The notes under the pieces are model-generated. The model was not told the origin of the DNA, made no database searches, and saw only the letters and a list, made by a program, of their open reading frames with translations. This document shows positions 21,737 to 31,493 of a stretch of 64,000 bases of DNA, one piece after another. Where the stretch lies: contig JANWWQ010000001.1 in NCBI GenBank assembly GCA_025055635.1, forward strand, positions 61,768 to 125,767, in the 5' to 3' direction. The translations under genes and the position numbers were made by a program. Every line of letters begins with the position of its first letter. The first letter of the stretch is position 1. The DNA is from Flavobacteriales bacterium (GTDB lineage: Bacteria > Bacteroidota > Bacteroidia > CAIKAF01).

Positions 21737-22486
21737 TTGCGGGGGCGGATGGGGTCTATCCATGTCCTGTATGGGCAAATTGAAAAAGTTGATATTCTAG
21801 CCTTTGGCGCCCATCCCGACGATGTGGAGTTGGGATGCGGAGGACTTTTGGCTCAGGAAATAAGAAAAGGGCGCCGTGCCGCTATTTGCGATCTTACGGC
21901 CGGCGAAGCTGGAACGCGCGGCTCGCCAGAAATCCGACGGGAAGAATCCCGTCTGGCTGCACGCATTTTGGGCCTTTCCTGCAGAATCCAGTTAAACTTT
22001 AAGGATGGCTTCCTTCTTTATAAGGAAGACTACTTAAAGGAGCTGATCGAAGTCATTCGACTTTTCCGTCCCAGAATCGTTTTGGCAAATGCTGTGCAAG
22101 ATCGGCACCCCGACCATGGCCATGCCGCCAAGCTGGTGCGCGATGCGGCCTTCTTGGCGGGGCTTCCGAAAATCGCTACTCAAAGTCCGGCCCACAGACC
22201 TCAGCTGGTGTGGCATTACATTCAGTTTTACGAATTTTCTCCTCAAGTGTATTATAGCTTGGAGCCAGCTTCTTGGGAGGTGAAAATGCAGGCTGTCCGG
22301 GCCCATTCCTCCCAGTTTTACAATCCGGAGTCCCCGGAGCCACAGACGCTTATCTCCCGCCCAGAATTTTTAGAGTTCATTGAAGCGCGCGGTCGTCAAT
22401 ATGGACTCAGGTGCGATAGTGTTTATGCTGAAGGTTTTCTGGTGGAACGGGCTCCTGCGGTTTGGGCCTTGGAGAATGTGAAGTAA
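21737..22486 (+). CDS. bshB1: Bacillithiol biosynthesis deacetylase BshB1 (LmbE/PIG-L family N-acetylglucosaminyl-malate deacetylase)
   Basis: ...VDILAFGAHPDDVELGCGGLLAQEIRKGRRAAICDLTAGEAGTRGS...EESRLAARILG...NAVQDRHPDHGHAAKLV...GVLYAEGF aligns closely with B. subtilis BshB1 (ILAFGAHADDVEIGMAG...CDLT...DRHPDH). Confidence 0.8.
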   Translation: MRGRMGSIHVLYGQIEKVDILAFGAHPDDVELGCGGLLAQEIRKGRRAAICDLTAGEAGTRGSPEIRREESRLAARILGLSCRIQLNFKDGFLLYKEDYLKELIEVIRLFRPRIVLANAVQDRHPDHGHAAKLVRDAAFLAGLPKIATQSPAHRPQLVWHYIQFYEFSPQVYYSLEPASWEVKMQAVRAHSSQFYNPESPEPQTLISRPEFLEFIEARGRQYGLRCDSVYAEGFLVERAPAVWALENVK

Positions 22487-22495
22487 AAACTTAAT

Positions 22496-23314
22496 ATGAT
22501 CAACGATCCATCTTTAAAAAAAGTAGCCCTAATTACGGGTGCTGGTTCTGGAATTGGAAGAGCATTAGCCATCCAAATGTCCCGAAAGGGATATCGGCTG
22601 GCCATATGTGCCCGTACAAAAGAGGCAGTGTTGGAAACAAAACATCTTTGCGCCATTCCGGATGAAGTACTGCCCCTACAGGCCGATGTGACGCGCCGCA
22701 AGGATTGTGAAGCCTTTGTAACCCAAGCCTTCAATGCCTTTGGTCGGATAGATGTTTTAGTTAACAACGCCGGCATCAGCATGCGGGCTCTTTTTGCACA
22801 TGCTTCCCTGGAAGTCTTGGAAAAAGTGATGAACACCAACTTCTGGGGTACGGTGTATTGCACCCATTACGCTCTTCCCCATATATTAAAAACTGGTGGC
22901 TCTGTAGTAGGCATTTCCAGCATTGCTGGGTTCAAGGGGCTACCAGCCAGAACGGGATATTCTGCCTCCAAATTCGCAATGGACGGCTTCCTGGAAGCCC
23001 TGCGGATTGAGAACCTTTATACAGGCCTCCATGTACTTATCGTGCATCCAGGGTTCACTGCGAGCAACATCCGCAACACCGCCCTGGCTGCAGACGGTAC
23101 TCCTCAGGGGGAAAGCCCGCGCAACGAAAGCTCCATGATGTCGGCTGAGGAATGTGCTCGTCATATTCTTAAAGCCATTGAAAAAAGAAAAATTATCTTA
23201 ACTCTCACTACTGAAGGGCAACTTCTGCGATGGGTGAATTTCCTATGGCCTAAAATGGCGGACAAATTGGTATACGCAACCCTCAAAAAGGAAAAAGACA
23301 GCCCTCTGCCATGA
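22496..23314 (+). CDS. Short-chain dehydrogenase/reductase (classical SDR)
   Basis: Carries an ITGAGSGIGRALA Rossmann motif, NNAG, and the catalytic YSASKFA (YxxxK). It starts 9 nt after bshB1. Confidence 0.88.
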   Translation: MINDPSLKKVALITGAGSGIGRALAIQMSRKGYRLAICARTKEAVLETKHLCAIPDEVLPLQADVTRRKDCEAFVTQAFNAFGRIDVLVNNAGISMRALFAHASLEVLEKVMNTNFWGTVYCTHYALPHILKTGGSVVGISSIAGFKGLPARTGYSASKFAMDGFLEALRIENLYTGLHVLIVHPGFTASNIRNTALAADGTPQGESPRNESSMMSAEECARHILKAIEKRKIILTLTTEGQLLRWVNFLWPKMADKLVYATLKKEKDSPLP

Positions 23315-23877
23315 AGGCCCCGTCCGTCCAGATAGAGCGTCTGCGGTACTACTATCGAAAATTTATCCTTCTTTGGATACCCGTACGAGTTTATGTGTTA
23401 CACACCCCCCTTTCTCCCGATGAAATCGTTCTCAAACTTTCGCAAGTAATATTTCCCTTTAGATGGTATTTTTTGTTTTCTCCAGCAACGCAGCTTCCCT
23501 ACAGCGGACGTTTTGAGGGCGATGGATTTGTGGCCATTAAAAATGCTTATAATAAATATATTAGAAGTATAAAAGTTATAGGTAAATTTTACATAGTGAA
23601 TAATAAAATTTATGTGCGGCTTATTTTCTCCAATCCCTTCTCAATCATTAATATAGGTATTGTTTTATTTTTTTATGTATTCCTTTATTTACTAAGAATA
23701 CCTTTCTTTCCCTCAGTCCTTGCAAATGTCCTGGTATACTCTGTTCCTTTAATTTTGGCATATCTTGCTACTAATCTATCATTCCAGAAAATTTATAAAA
23801 AAGAAAAGATGTTTTTTTTTAGGCTTTTTGAAGGGCGGCGTTTAAAAGAAGATGAAATAAGTATCTTAGGTATTTAA
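23311..23877 (+). CDS. Hypothetical membrane protein (188 aa); AT-rich C-terminal two-thirds with 2-3 predicted TM helices
   Basis: The start codon overlaps the SDR stop (ATGA). The C-terminal half is hydrophobic (IINIGIVLFFYVFLYLL...VLVYSVPLILAYLA). I recognise no family. Confidence 0.5.
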   Translation: MKAPSVQIERLRYYYRKFILLWIPVRVYVLHTPLSPDEIVLKLSQVIFPFRWYFLFSPATQLPYSGRFEGDGFVAIKNAYNKYIRSIKVIGKFYIVNNKIYVRLIFSNPFSIINIGIVLFFYVFLYLLRIPFFPSVLANVLVYSVPLILAYLATNLSFQKIYKKEKMFFFRLFEGRRLKEDEISILGI

Positions 23878-23966
23878 GAGACATTGGCATAATATAAAAT
23901 TAAAATAAAACGACGATTTGAAAAGTCAAGGCTAGCAAATTTCTTGAATTGTACTTTTGAGCCCTC

Positions 23967-25121
23967 ATGTTTATACCTTACAGAATTTACGAAGAAGAAC
24001 ACGAGATTTTCCGCCAATCGGTTGCAGAATTTGTAGCCCGAGAGATAGCTCCTTACCACAAGCAATGGGAAAAAGACCACCAGGTGCCCCGCGAGGTGTG
24101 GCGCAAACTAGGAGAGGCTGGATTTCTTTGCATGGATGCTGAAACAGAATACGGAGGCCTCGGCATCGATGATTTTCGCTTCAGCGCCGTATTGAACGAA
24201 GAAATAGCCAAAGCTGGGTATGCAGGGCCTGCCATTGGATTTTCACTACATAATGATATTGTTTTTCCTTACCTTAAACATTACGCCACAGAAGATGTAA
24301 AAAGAAAATATTATCCCGACCTCATCACCGGCAAAAAAATACTTGCCATCGCCATGACCGAGCCAGGGGCCGGCAGCGATCTTCAAAATATTAAAACGAC
24401 GGCTGTGCGTCAGGGAGATGAATACGTGGTGAATGGCACGAAAACCTTTATCACCAACGGATATCTGTGTGACCTGGTGGTGGTAGCTGTGAAGACGGAT
24501 CCCTCCAAGGGCGCCAAAGGCATTTCCCTCCTTCTTATTGAAGCCAACTCTCCAGGTTTCACGAAAGGTTTGCCGTTTGAAAAGGTAGGTCTCCATGCCC
24601 AGGACACTTGCGAGTTATTTTTTGACAATGTGCGTGTTCCGGCGGAAAATCTTTTGGGCAAAGAAGGCGAAGGTTTTAAATACCTGATGACAGAGTTGGC
24701 TCAGGAACGCCTGGTGGTGGCCATCGGCGCCGTGGCAGCTGCCGAAGGTGCCCTGCTGGACACCATTCGTTATTGCCAAGAAAGGGAGGCTTTTGGTAAG
24801 CCGCTCTCAGCTCTACAGAATACCCGCTTTCGCCTGGCTGAGTGCTTCACTGAGGTACAAATGGGCCGCATTTTCTTAGAGCGCTGCATAGAACTTCACC
24901 TTCAGGGCAAGCTGGATTCGGCTACGGCCAGCATGGCTAAATACGCTCTAACCGATATGCAATGCCGCGTGATTGACGAATGCGTGCAGCTGCATGGAGG
25001 CTACGGCTACATGTGGGAATACCGCGTGGCTAGAGCCTGGGCCGACGCTCGTGTGCAGCGCATTTATGCCGGCACCAATGAAATTATGAAAGAGCTTATT
25101 GCCCGTAAAATTTTTGTCTGA
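23967..25121 (+). CDS. Acyl-CoA dehydrogenase
   Basis: 384 aa with ...AMTEPGAGSDLQNIKTTA..., ...YAGTNEIMKELIAR and the overall ACAD architecture. Confidence 0.9.
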   Translation: MFIPYRIYEEEHEIFRQSVAEFVAREIAPYHKQWEKDHQVPREVWRKLGEAGFLCMDAETEYGGLGIDDFRFSAVLNEEIAKAGYAGPAIGFSLHNDIVFPYLKHYATEDVKRKYYPDLITGKKILAIAMTEPGAGSDLQNIKTTAVRQGDEYVVNGTKTFITNGYLCDLVVVAVKTDPSKGAKGISLLLIEANSPGFTKGLPFEKVGLHAQDTCELFFDNVRVPAENLLGKEGEGFKYLMTELAQERLVVAIGAVAAAEGALLDTIRYCQEREAFGKPLSALQNTRFRLAECFTEVQMGRIFLERCIELHLQGKLDSATASMAKYALTDMQCRVIDECVQLHGGYGYMWEYRVARAWADARVQRIYAGTNEIMKELIARKIFV

Positions 25122-25150
25122 TATTTGCTAAACAACAAAGGACTTATTAG

Positions 25151-25930
25151 GTGACCGATTCGCTGGTAATTATTCCTACTTATAATGAAAAGGAAAACAT
25201 AGAGCGCATGGTGCGCTTTGTGTTTTCTCTGGAATATCCATTTGACCTGCTAATCATTGACGACAACTCCCCCGACGGCACGGGGGATATTGTGGAACGC
25301 CTTCAGGAATCTTATCCCGGTAAATTGCACCTGCTGCGTCGCCCCGGTAAGCAGGGTTTGGGCACTGCTTATGTAGCCGGTTTTCAGTACGCTCTGGAGC
25401 GCCACTATGAGTTTGTATTCGAGATGGATTGTGATTTTTCTCATAACCCCGAAGATCTTATTCGTCTGCGGGAAGCTTGCGTGCAGCAAGGGGCTGATCT
25501 GGCTATTGGCAGCCGCTATGTGACCGGTGTCAATGTGGTCAATTGGCCCATGTCCCGCGTACTCTTGTCTTATTTTGCCTCTAAATATGTGCGTTTTATT
25601 ACGGGGCTTCCTGTCCATGATGCCACGGCAGGTTTTAAGTGTTACCGGCGTCGTGTCTTGGAGCATATCCCCTTTGATAAGCTACGTTTCAAAGGTTATG
25701 CCTTCCAAATTGAAATGAAATTCCTGGCCTGGAAAATGGGTTTTCGCCTTGTGGAAGTGCCCATCATTTTCACGGAAAGGCTAGAAGGACACAGCAAAAT
25801 GTCGTCTTCCATCGTGCGTGAAGCAATGGTTGGGGTAATATGGATGAAGCTGCGGAGTTTAATCAAACCTATTCCTAAGGTAGCTTTCCAGAATATCGTG
25901 CCGGAAACCACCAAGGTTCTGGCAGGATAG
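25151..25930 (+). CDS. GT2 family glycosyltransferase (polyprenol-phosphate mannosyl/glucosyl transferase-like, DPM1-like)
   Basis: GTG start. Carries LVIIPTYNEKENIERMV...LLIIDDNSPDGTGDIV...DCDFSHNPEDL...GFKCYRR, the GT-A DxD/ED architecture typical of dolichyl-phosphate mannose synthase-like enzymes. Confidence 0.85.
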   Translation: MTDSLVIIPTYNEKENIERMVRFVFSLEYPFDLLIIDDNSPDGTGDIVERLQESYPGKLHLLRRPGKQGLGTAYVAGFQYALERHYEFVFEMDCDFSHNPEDLIRLREACVQQGADLAIGSRYVTGVNVVNWPMSRVLLSYFASKYVRFITGLPVHDATAGFKCYRRRVLEHIPFDKLRFKGYAFQIEMKFLAWKMGFRLVEVPIIFTERLEGHSKMSSSIVREAMVGVIWMKLRSLIKPIPKVAFQNIVPETTKVLAG

Positions 25931-25935
25931 GCTTC

Positions 25936-26997
25936 ATGCGACCCGTGAAAAAAGTGATTTTTGGGGGGAGGATTTTTGCCAGTCTTATTCTTTTTTGGGG
26001 GGCAAGCTCCTGCCGCCGTAGTGTATCGGTGCCAATGCATGTTTATAGTGGTTACGCCCAAGGCACCACATTCCAAGTTACTTATGATACATTGGCCGGT
26101 ATCTTAGATCGGGAAATATCAGACATATTCTCCAAGATGGATAAAGCTTGCTCCCTTTACGACAGTAATTCTGCTATAGTGCGTTTCAACAGAGCCGTTG
26201 AGAAGGCTGAAGTAGATACGTTGATGGCTTCTGTTTTAATGCTGTCCAAAAAAATTTACCAGGAGACGCATGGAGCTTTCAATCCTGCCGTGTTTCCGTT
26301 GGTTAAAATGTGGGGGTTTGGGCCGCAGGGTAGCCAGGGGCCGCCTATATCATCTGTGGTTGTACCTACTGGCGATTCTCTAAAATCGCTTATCAACCTA
26401 GAAGGCATTTTTTTAGATACCACAGAGGATGGAAAAATTTGGTGCCATAAAAAAGTGCCCCACTTGCAATTAGATTTCAACGGTATAGCGCAGGGATATA
26501 CTGTAGATTTAATCTGTGGATTATTAGAAAAAAAAGGTGCCCGCAACTACCTGGTGGAAGTGGGAGGGGAGGTGCGTGCCAGTGGGCTCAATCCCCAGGG
26601 CCAGCCTTGGCGTATTGGAATCGAAAAGCCCACCGACCATAACTTAGAACGTCAACTGTACGCAGTGGTTAATCTCAGCGATATGGCCATGGCCACAAGT
26701 GGCAGTTACAGGAAATTTTACATACAGGAGGGTGTGCGTCGCTCCCACACCATCAGTCCTTTTACGGGACGGCCTGTTACCCACAATTTGCTAAGTGTTA
26801 CTGTATTTTGTTCTACTTGTGCGCGAGCCGATGCCCTGGCTACAGCCTTCATGGTGATGGGCAACACAGGGACGTTGAGTTGGCTTAGGCAACATCCCGG
26901 CTATGAGGTATTTATGATCTCCTCTGGATATCAGCAATCGTATATCACTTATGCTTCGGAAGGCATTAAATCACGCCTTGAAGCCATCAGACCGTAA
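25936..26997 (+). CDS. apbE: FAD:protein FMN transferase (ApbE family), lipoprotein
   Basis: Carries ...FNGIAQGYTVDLICGLL... and the C-terminal ...CARADALATAFMVMG (ApbE DA-ATA motif), with an N-terminal signal/lipobox (ASSC). Confidence 0.85.
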   Translation: MRPVKKVIFGGRIFASLILFWGASSCRRSVSVPMHVYSGYAQGTTFQVTYDTLAGILDREISDIFSKMDKACSLYDSNSAIVRFNRAVEKAEVDTLMASVLMLSKKIYQETHGAFNPAVFPLVKMWGFGPQGSQGPPISSVVVPTGDSLKSLINLEGIFLDTTEDGKIWCHKKVPHLQLDFNGIAQGYTVDLICGLLEKKGARNYLVEVGGEVRASGLNPQGQPWRIGIEKPTDHNLERQLYAVVNLSDMAMATSGSYRKFYIQEGVRRSHTISPFTGRPVTHNLLSVTVFCSTCARADALATAFMVMGNTGTLSWLRQHPGYEVFMISSGYQQSYITYASEGIKSRLEAIRP

Positions 26998-27195
26998 TTA
27001 CTGGGTGGAGGATCCGGCACATGGATCACCCGGTTGTGCACCGCACAAAGTGCAGGAGCCTCCATCATTTAAATAGGGATTTTTGCTGGCACAGGTACCG
27101 GAAAACTGGCCGTTTTTTCTGAAAATAAGCTTTACGGCAATACCTGCAAAGGCAATAGCGATCAGTACCACGGAGACGAGAATGAGTTTAGCCAT
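26998..27195 (-). CDS. Small Cys-rich single-TM protein, NqrM-like ((Na+)-NQR maturation factor / DUF539-like)
   Basis: The 65-aa product is MAKLILVSVVLIAIAFAGIAVKLIFRKNGQFSGTCASKNPYLNDGGSCTLCGAQPGDPCAGSSTQ. It has an N-terminal TM helix, then a basic stretch, then 4 Cys (C..C pairs), as in NqrM. It is convergent with and directly abuts apbE. Confidence 0.45.
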   Translation of the reverse strand: MAKLILVSVVLIAIAFAGIAVKLIFRKNGQFSGTCASKNPYLNDGGSCTLCGAQPGDPCAGSSTQ

Positions 27196-27224
27196 GCCGA
27201 TACAAAGGTAAATTTACCGCTGCA

Positions 27225-27635
27225 ATGGCCCTGCTTTTTGTGGAACATATTGGCATCGCTGTGGCCCATTTAGAGGAGGCTGTTACGCGCTACACAAAGC
27301 TTTTAGGAGTGCCTCCCTACGCCGAAGAGGAGGTGCCTTCGGAAGGAGTTAAAACTGTTTTTTTCCGTTGCGGCTCGCATAAAATTGAATTATTAGGGGC
27401 TCTCCATCAAAACAGTCCTATTGCCAAATTTTTAGCAAAACGGGGCGAAGGTGTTCATCACATCGCCTACCGCAGTTCTGATATCCGGGCAGACATGGTC
27501 CGTTTGAAAAATGAGGGCTTCCAGTTGCTTAGCGAAGAGCCCCGACCGGGGGCTGAGAATATGTGGGTGTGTTTCGTACATCCCAGGGATTGCCAGGGGG
27601 TGCTCACGGAACTTTGCCAACCTAGGGAGGAATGA
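27225..27635 (+). CDS. Methylmalonyl-CoA epimerase (VOC/glyoxalase family)
   Basis: 136 aa; MALLFVEHIGIAVAHLEEAVTRYTKLLGV...HHIAYRSSDI...GVLTELCQ is the typical MCE pattern. Confidence 0.85.
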   Translation: MALLFVEHIGIAVAHLEEAVTRYTKLLGVPPYAEEEVPSEGVKTVFFRCGSHKIELLGALHQNSPIAKFLAKRGEGVHHIAYRSSDIRADMVRLKNEGFQLLSEEPRPGAENMWVCFVHPRDCQGVLTELCQPREE

Positions 27636-27667
27636 TTCAGGAAGCCTTAAATCTTATGATAAGTCCT

Positions 27668-28150
27668 TCAAAGTACTTGGTTCTCCTCAACAAAGGAAAG
27701 GTTTTTTCCCAGCAGGAGGTGAACTACATGGCGGTCGATTGGAAAGGTAAGCATGTCAGGTTGAAGGTCTGAAATGGGGAATAATTCAAACTTTTCATTT
27801 TTTGATGAGGTCGGCTTTAGTGAAACTAAAGCCTTTTCTAATTCATCATGGGGAAAAGCTTCCGGCCAGCGATAATAAACACTGATTACCTGATGGCGGG
27901 AATTGAAGGCAGAAGGCTGAAAAAAGTCGGTGGTATAGAAGTGCACCCATCTCTCCGGTTGCAGGGAAAGCCTAAGTTCTTCCTTGATCTCTCGGCTGAG
28001 AGCCGTGCGCAGACCTTCTCCGAATCGCAGGCCTCCGCCAGGAAACTTAAGCATGGATATCCCCTTGTAAGTTTCTCGGGACAAAATCACACATTCACGG
28101 TTGGAAAAAATCAATGCATAAACACGAAGAAGGAAGCGGCCTGCGGCCAT
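27668..28150 (-). CDS. Nudix hydrolase
   Basis: A Nudix box is present (GGGLRFGEGLRTALSREIKEELRL). The start is taken at the internal MAAGRF Met (28150), because the longer ORF from 28294 would overlap tlpA. It lies 5 nt downstream of the tlpA stop. Confidence 0.75.
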   Translation of the reverse strand: MAAGRFLLRVYALIFSNRECVILSRETYKGISMLKFPGGGLRFGEGLRTALSREIKEELRLSLQPERWVHFYTTDFFQPSAFNSRHQVISVYYRWPEAFPHDELEKALVSLKPTSSKNEKFELFPISDLQPDMLTFPIDRHVVHLLLGKNLSFVEENQVL

Positions 28151-28155
28151 TGGAC

Positions 28156-29328
28156 TCAGCGGAAAATCTCGGCTAGCTTGGCCTCCAAGGCAGGTCCCCG
28201 CAAATCGGTCGCCACAATTACACCGTTCGGATCCAGCAAAAAGGATTTCGGTATACCCGTGACGTTGTAGAGCTTGGCCGGTTCGGAATCCCACATCTTT
28301 AAATCACTGACGTGATGCCAGTTGGAAAGGCCGTCGTTTTGAATAGCTTGAATCCAGGCATTTTTATCTCTGTCCAGCGACACCTGAAAAATGTCAAACC
28401 CTTTCTCTTTATATTTCTGATAAGCGTGAACAAGGTTTGGATTTTCGGCCCTGCAGGGCCTGCACCAGGAAGCCCAAAAATCCAAAAGCACATACTTACC
28501 ACGCAGACTATGTAAAGAACGGATCTTTCCCTGCGGATCGGGCAGGCGAATATCAGGAGCCACAGCTCCGATGGCTGTCCGGGCCCGAACTTCCACATTA
28601 CTTACAAGCATTTTTACGTATGGATTATCCGGATGCTTTTGCTTCAGAGCCTCGCTCACTTTTTTGAAAAGCGGAAAGTCTTCTTCCATTTTCAGGAAAC
28701 CCAATCCTTCTAAAGCTACCAGACTGCTAGGATTGAACTCTGCCGTTTGCCGGGCCAGAGCTTTTAAGGATTGTTCACTGTAATAAAAAAGGCTATCAGC
28801 CACGCGGGCCCGTTGGGGAAAATCAGGCGCGTAGGTAAAGGTGTTCAATGCTGTACGTAAGGAATCGCCTAACCGTTCATGGCGCAATTTGCGTTGCAGA
28901 AGCGCCAGCAAAGCCTGGGACTCTGGTGAACCCTCCAAATTGCAACGCAGCACAAAATCCGGGGCTTTTGTGGAGAGGCGCAGCTTCTCGTTTCCGCTGG
29001 TAATCAGGAAAATTAAATTTTGGTAAGGAGCTAGGCGCGCTGTTCCTGCAGTGCCCCCAAAGCGTATACGATAATGCCCATATTGATCAGGTTTTTTATA
29101 GAAGAAAAAGCCCCCCGTATCATTAACCACGGCCGAATCTATGAGAAGTATTTTATCGGGGAAGATTTTTTCTAAGAATACATGTTTACCGTTAAAATTT
29201 TCCACTTTTCCTATTAGAAACGGTTCACCAGCCGGTAAGCGCTGACAGGAAAAGGCCCACAGAATCCAAAAACACAAACCAAACCTCAAGATCCGAAACG
29301 GAAAAGTGGAATTTACAATGCCCTTCAT
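28156..29328 (-). CDS. TlpA-like thiol:disulfide oxidoreductase (thioredoxin fold; AhpC/TSA-redoxin family) with N-terminal extension
   Basis: The C-terminal domain carries ...GKYVLLDFWASWCRPCRAENPNLV... (a WCxxC active site). The start is taken at MKGIVNSTFPFRILRFGLCFWILWAFSCQ (signal peptide) rather than the upstream Met at 29367. Confidence 0.85.
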   Translation of the reverse strand: MKGIVNSTFPFRILRFGLCFWILWAFSCQRLPAGEPFLIGKVENFNGKHVFLEKIFPDKILLIDSAVVNDTGGFFFYKKPDQYGHYRIRFGGTAGTARLAPYQNLIFLITSGNEKLRLSTKAPDFVLRCNLEGSPESQALLALLQRKLRHERLGDSLRTALNTFTYAPDFPQRARVADSLFYYSEQSLKALARQTAEFNPSSLVALEGLGFLKMEEDFPLFKKVSEALKQKHPDNPYVKMLVSNVEVRARTAIGAVAPDIRLPDPQGKIRSLHSLRGKYVLLDFWASWCRPCRAENPNLVHAYQKYKEKGFDIFQVSLDRDKNAWIQAIQNDGLSNWHHVSDLKMWDSEPAKLYNVTGIPKSFLLDPNGVIVATDLRGPALEAKLAEIFR

Positions 29329-29400
29329 GGAAAGCTGCAAAATTAGCGCCGATTTGCCATCCCCCACACGGGTATTATCTTTGACGGCCTTTTCTTCAGA

Positions 29401-30756
29401 ATGACAAAAACTTTGCCATCATCATCATCCTTAACAGAAAAGGACCCCGGCGTACAGGTTGTGGATATCGTGGTGGAAGCCCATGAATATATACAGGAAT
29501 TAGAGAAAGAATTAAAAACCCTTAACCACTCAGTGAAGATTTCGGGATTTAGGCCCGGTAAAGTGCCTCGCGATCTTCTATTGAAACGGTTTGGTAAGGC
29601 CATAGTACGCGACCTTACTTTGCAAAAAGCCTTTGAAAAACTCCAACAACATATTCAAACCGAAATAGGGCCATTCATTTTTAATCCGGTCCTGGTTTAC
29701 GACAGCAGTGTGAACGCGGATGCTTTCCAGCCCCTTGATTACCAATTCACCTTTGAAGTGGCCCCTTTACCGCATTTTGAGGTGGCTCTTCCGCCCTTGG
29801 GGGCAATCGTATGGGATGTGGAAACCGTTGATGACGAAAAAGTTGATAAAGAAATTAACCGGTTGCGCCACACATTTGGAAAAGTAAAACTACTTGATCA
29901 AGCCGAACTGGAAGAAGACATTATTTCAGGCTCCGTAAAACCCTTAACTCCGGAAGAATCCAGCCCTTCTGTAAATAAGCACATCTCCTTTAGGGTTAGG
30001 GATATCCAGAAAGGAGCTCTTTCGCAGGTGTTGCCAGTGCTGAAGCAGGGTAATACTATAAGCTTCCAACCCACAGAATGGTTTGTTATCTCTGAGGAAA
30101 ATTTTTCGCAGATTTTTAAAGAAATTGACAGAACCCTACTGGAACGTCCGAACATAAAATGGGAATTGACAATTTCACAAATTATTAGGCACTTTCCCGC
30201 TCCGCTGTCAGAGGAATTTTTCAGGGAGGTTACTCAGACCAATGATGTGAAAACAGAAGAAGAATTCAAAACCTTCATTCGCCGAAGGCTGGAAAGGCGA
30301 AATTTCATTCAAGCCCGCAGAAAGGCTCATCTGGCATTGAAAGATTGGCTGATGGCCCATAACATGGGGCGGTTTACCCTTCCCGTTAAATTTATTAAAA
30401 GGAAAATAAGCTCCATGAGCAACGGTCCCCTCAGTGAAGAAGAGATGGAAGCGAGAATAAAGAAGCAACAGGAGATCATCGCTTGGGAAGTAATTCTGGA
30501 AAACTTAAAAAATGACCTGAAACTAATAATAACTCCTGACGATGTTGAAAAAGTTATTGATGAATTGGCCGTTATTGAAGCGTTCAAATATTCGGGTTTT
30601 TGGGTTAAAAAAGACATAATAGATAAATTTAAAGAAAATATACGAGCTGAAAATAGTATTAAAGGTTTTGCAGATTTTATGGTATTAGAAGCAAAAGTCA
30701 TGGACCGGCTTTTGGAAACCGTCGTGCAGGGCTATGTTCCATATTTTGAAGAATAA
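29401..30756 (+). CDS. tig: Trigger factor (ribosome-associated PPIase chaperone)
   Basis: 451 aa. The N-terminal ...ISGFRPGKVPRDLLLKRFG... matches the trigger-factor ribosome-binding signature (GFRxGxxP). It lies upstream of clpP-clpX, the conserved arrangement. Confidence 0.85.
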   Translation: MTKTLPSSSSLTEKDPGVQVVDIVVEAHEYIQELEKELKTLNHSVKISGFRPGKVPRDLLLKRFGKAIVRDLTLQKAFEKLQQHIQTEIGPFIFNPVLVYDSSVNADAFQPLDYQFTFEVAPLPHFEVALPPLGAIVWDVETVDDEKVDKEINRLRHTFGKVKLLDQAELEEDIISGSVKPLTPEESSPSVNKHISFRVRDIQKGALSQVLPVLKQGNTISFQPTEWFVISEENFSQIFKEIDRTLLERPNIKWELTISQIIRHFPAPLSEEFFREVTQTNDVKTEEEFKTFIRRRLERRNFIQARRKAHLALKDWLMAHNMGRFTLPVKFIKRKISSMSNGPLSEEEMEARIKKQQEIIAWEVILENLKNDLKLIITPDDVEKVIDELAVIEAFKYSGFWVKKDIIDKFKENIRAENSIKGFADFMVLEAKVMDRLLETVVQGYVPYFEE

Positions 30757-30803
30757 AATTATTGTTAATAAATAAAATAAATTAAAGAAATTAAATTTAA
30801 ATT

Positions 30804-31493
30804 ATGGCATCCGAATTTGAAAAATACGCTGTAAAGCACTTAGGCCTTAGCAGTGTGTGGCTTGAAAAATATGCGGACCATCTGGTAGGCCTCACGCCCA
30901 ATATCATTGAGGAACGCAAGCTCAATGTGATTGCCATGGATGTATTTTCCCGCCTCATGATGGACCGCATCATTTTTCTGGGCACGGCCATAGACGATTA
31001 CGTGGCTAATGTGATTCAGGCTCAGTTGCTCTTTCTGGAAAGTGTGGACGGCTCGAAGGACATTTATATCTACATGAATTCTCCCGGGGGTTCCGTGTAC
31101 GCGGGTTTGGGGATTTACGACACGATGAATTATATAAGCTGCGACGTGGCCACAATTTGCACTGGCCTAGCCGCCTCCATGGCGGCAGTGCTGCTGTGTG
31201 CCGGCACCCGGGGCAAACGCTCAGCATTGCCACACGCCAGAATCATGATCCATCAGCCTCTAAGTGGTGCTCAAGGCCAGGTCGCCGACATGGAAATTGC
31301 TGTGCGTGAAACCATTAAAGTGCGCGACGAACTGTATAAAATAATTTCAGACCATACCGGACAGCCCTTCGAAAAAGTATTCAAAGACAGCGACCGCGAC
31401 TACTGGATGCGCGCCCATGAAGCTAAAGAGTATGGCATGATTGACGAGGTCCTGGAAACCAAGAAATCCAAGCCCACCACCTCCCTTTTATGA
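30804..31493 (+). CDS. clpP: ATP-dependent Clp protease proteolytic subunit
   Basis: Carries ...IIFLGTAIDDYVANVIQAQLLFLES...IYMNSPGGSVYAGLGIYDTMNYI...TICTGLAASMAAVLLCAG...IMIHQP, with the catalytic Ser/His/Asp context. Confidence 0.95.
   Translation: MASEFEKYAVKHLGLSSVWLEKYADHLVGLTPNIIEERKLNVIAMDVFSRLMMDRIIFLGTAIDDYVANVIQAQLLFLESVDGSKDIYIYMNSPGGSVYAGLGIYDTMNYISCDVATICTGLAASMAAVLLCAGTRGKRSALPHARIMIHQPLSGAQGQVADMEIAVRETIKVRDELYKIISDHTGQPFEKVFKDSDRDYWMRAHEAKEYGMIDEVLETKKSKPTTSLL

Noticed and set aside
27668-28294. Longer 208-aa version of the Nudix ORF starting at 28294
   Set aside because: It would overlap the 3' end of tlpA by ~140 nt in another frame. The internal Met at 28150 gives a canonical-length Nudix protein 5 nt after the tlpA stop.
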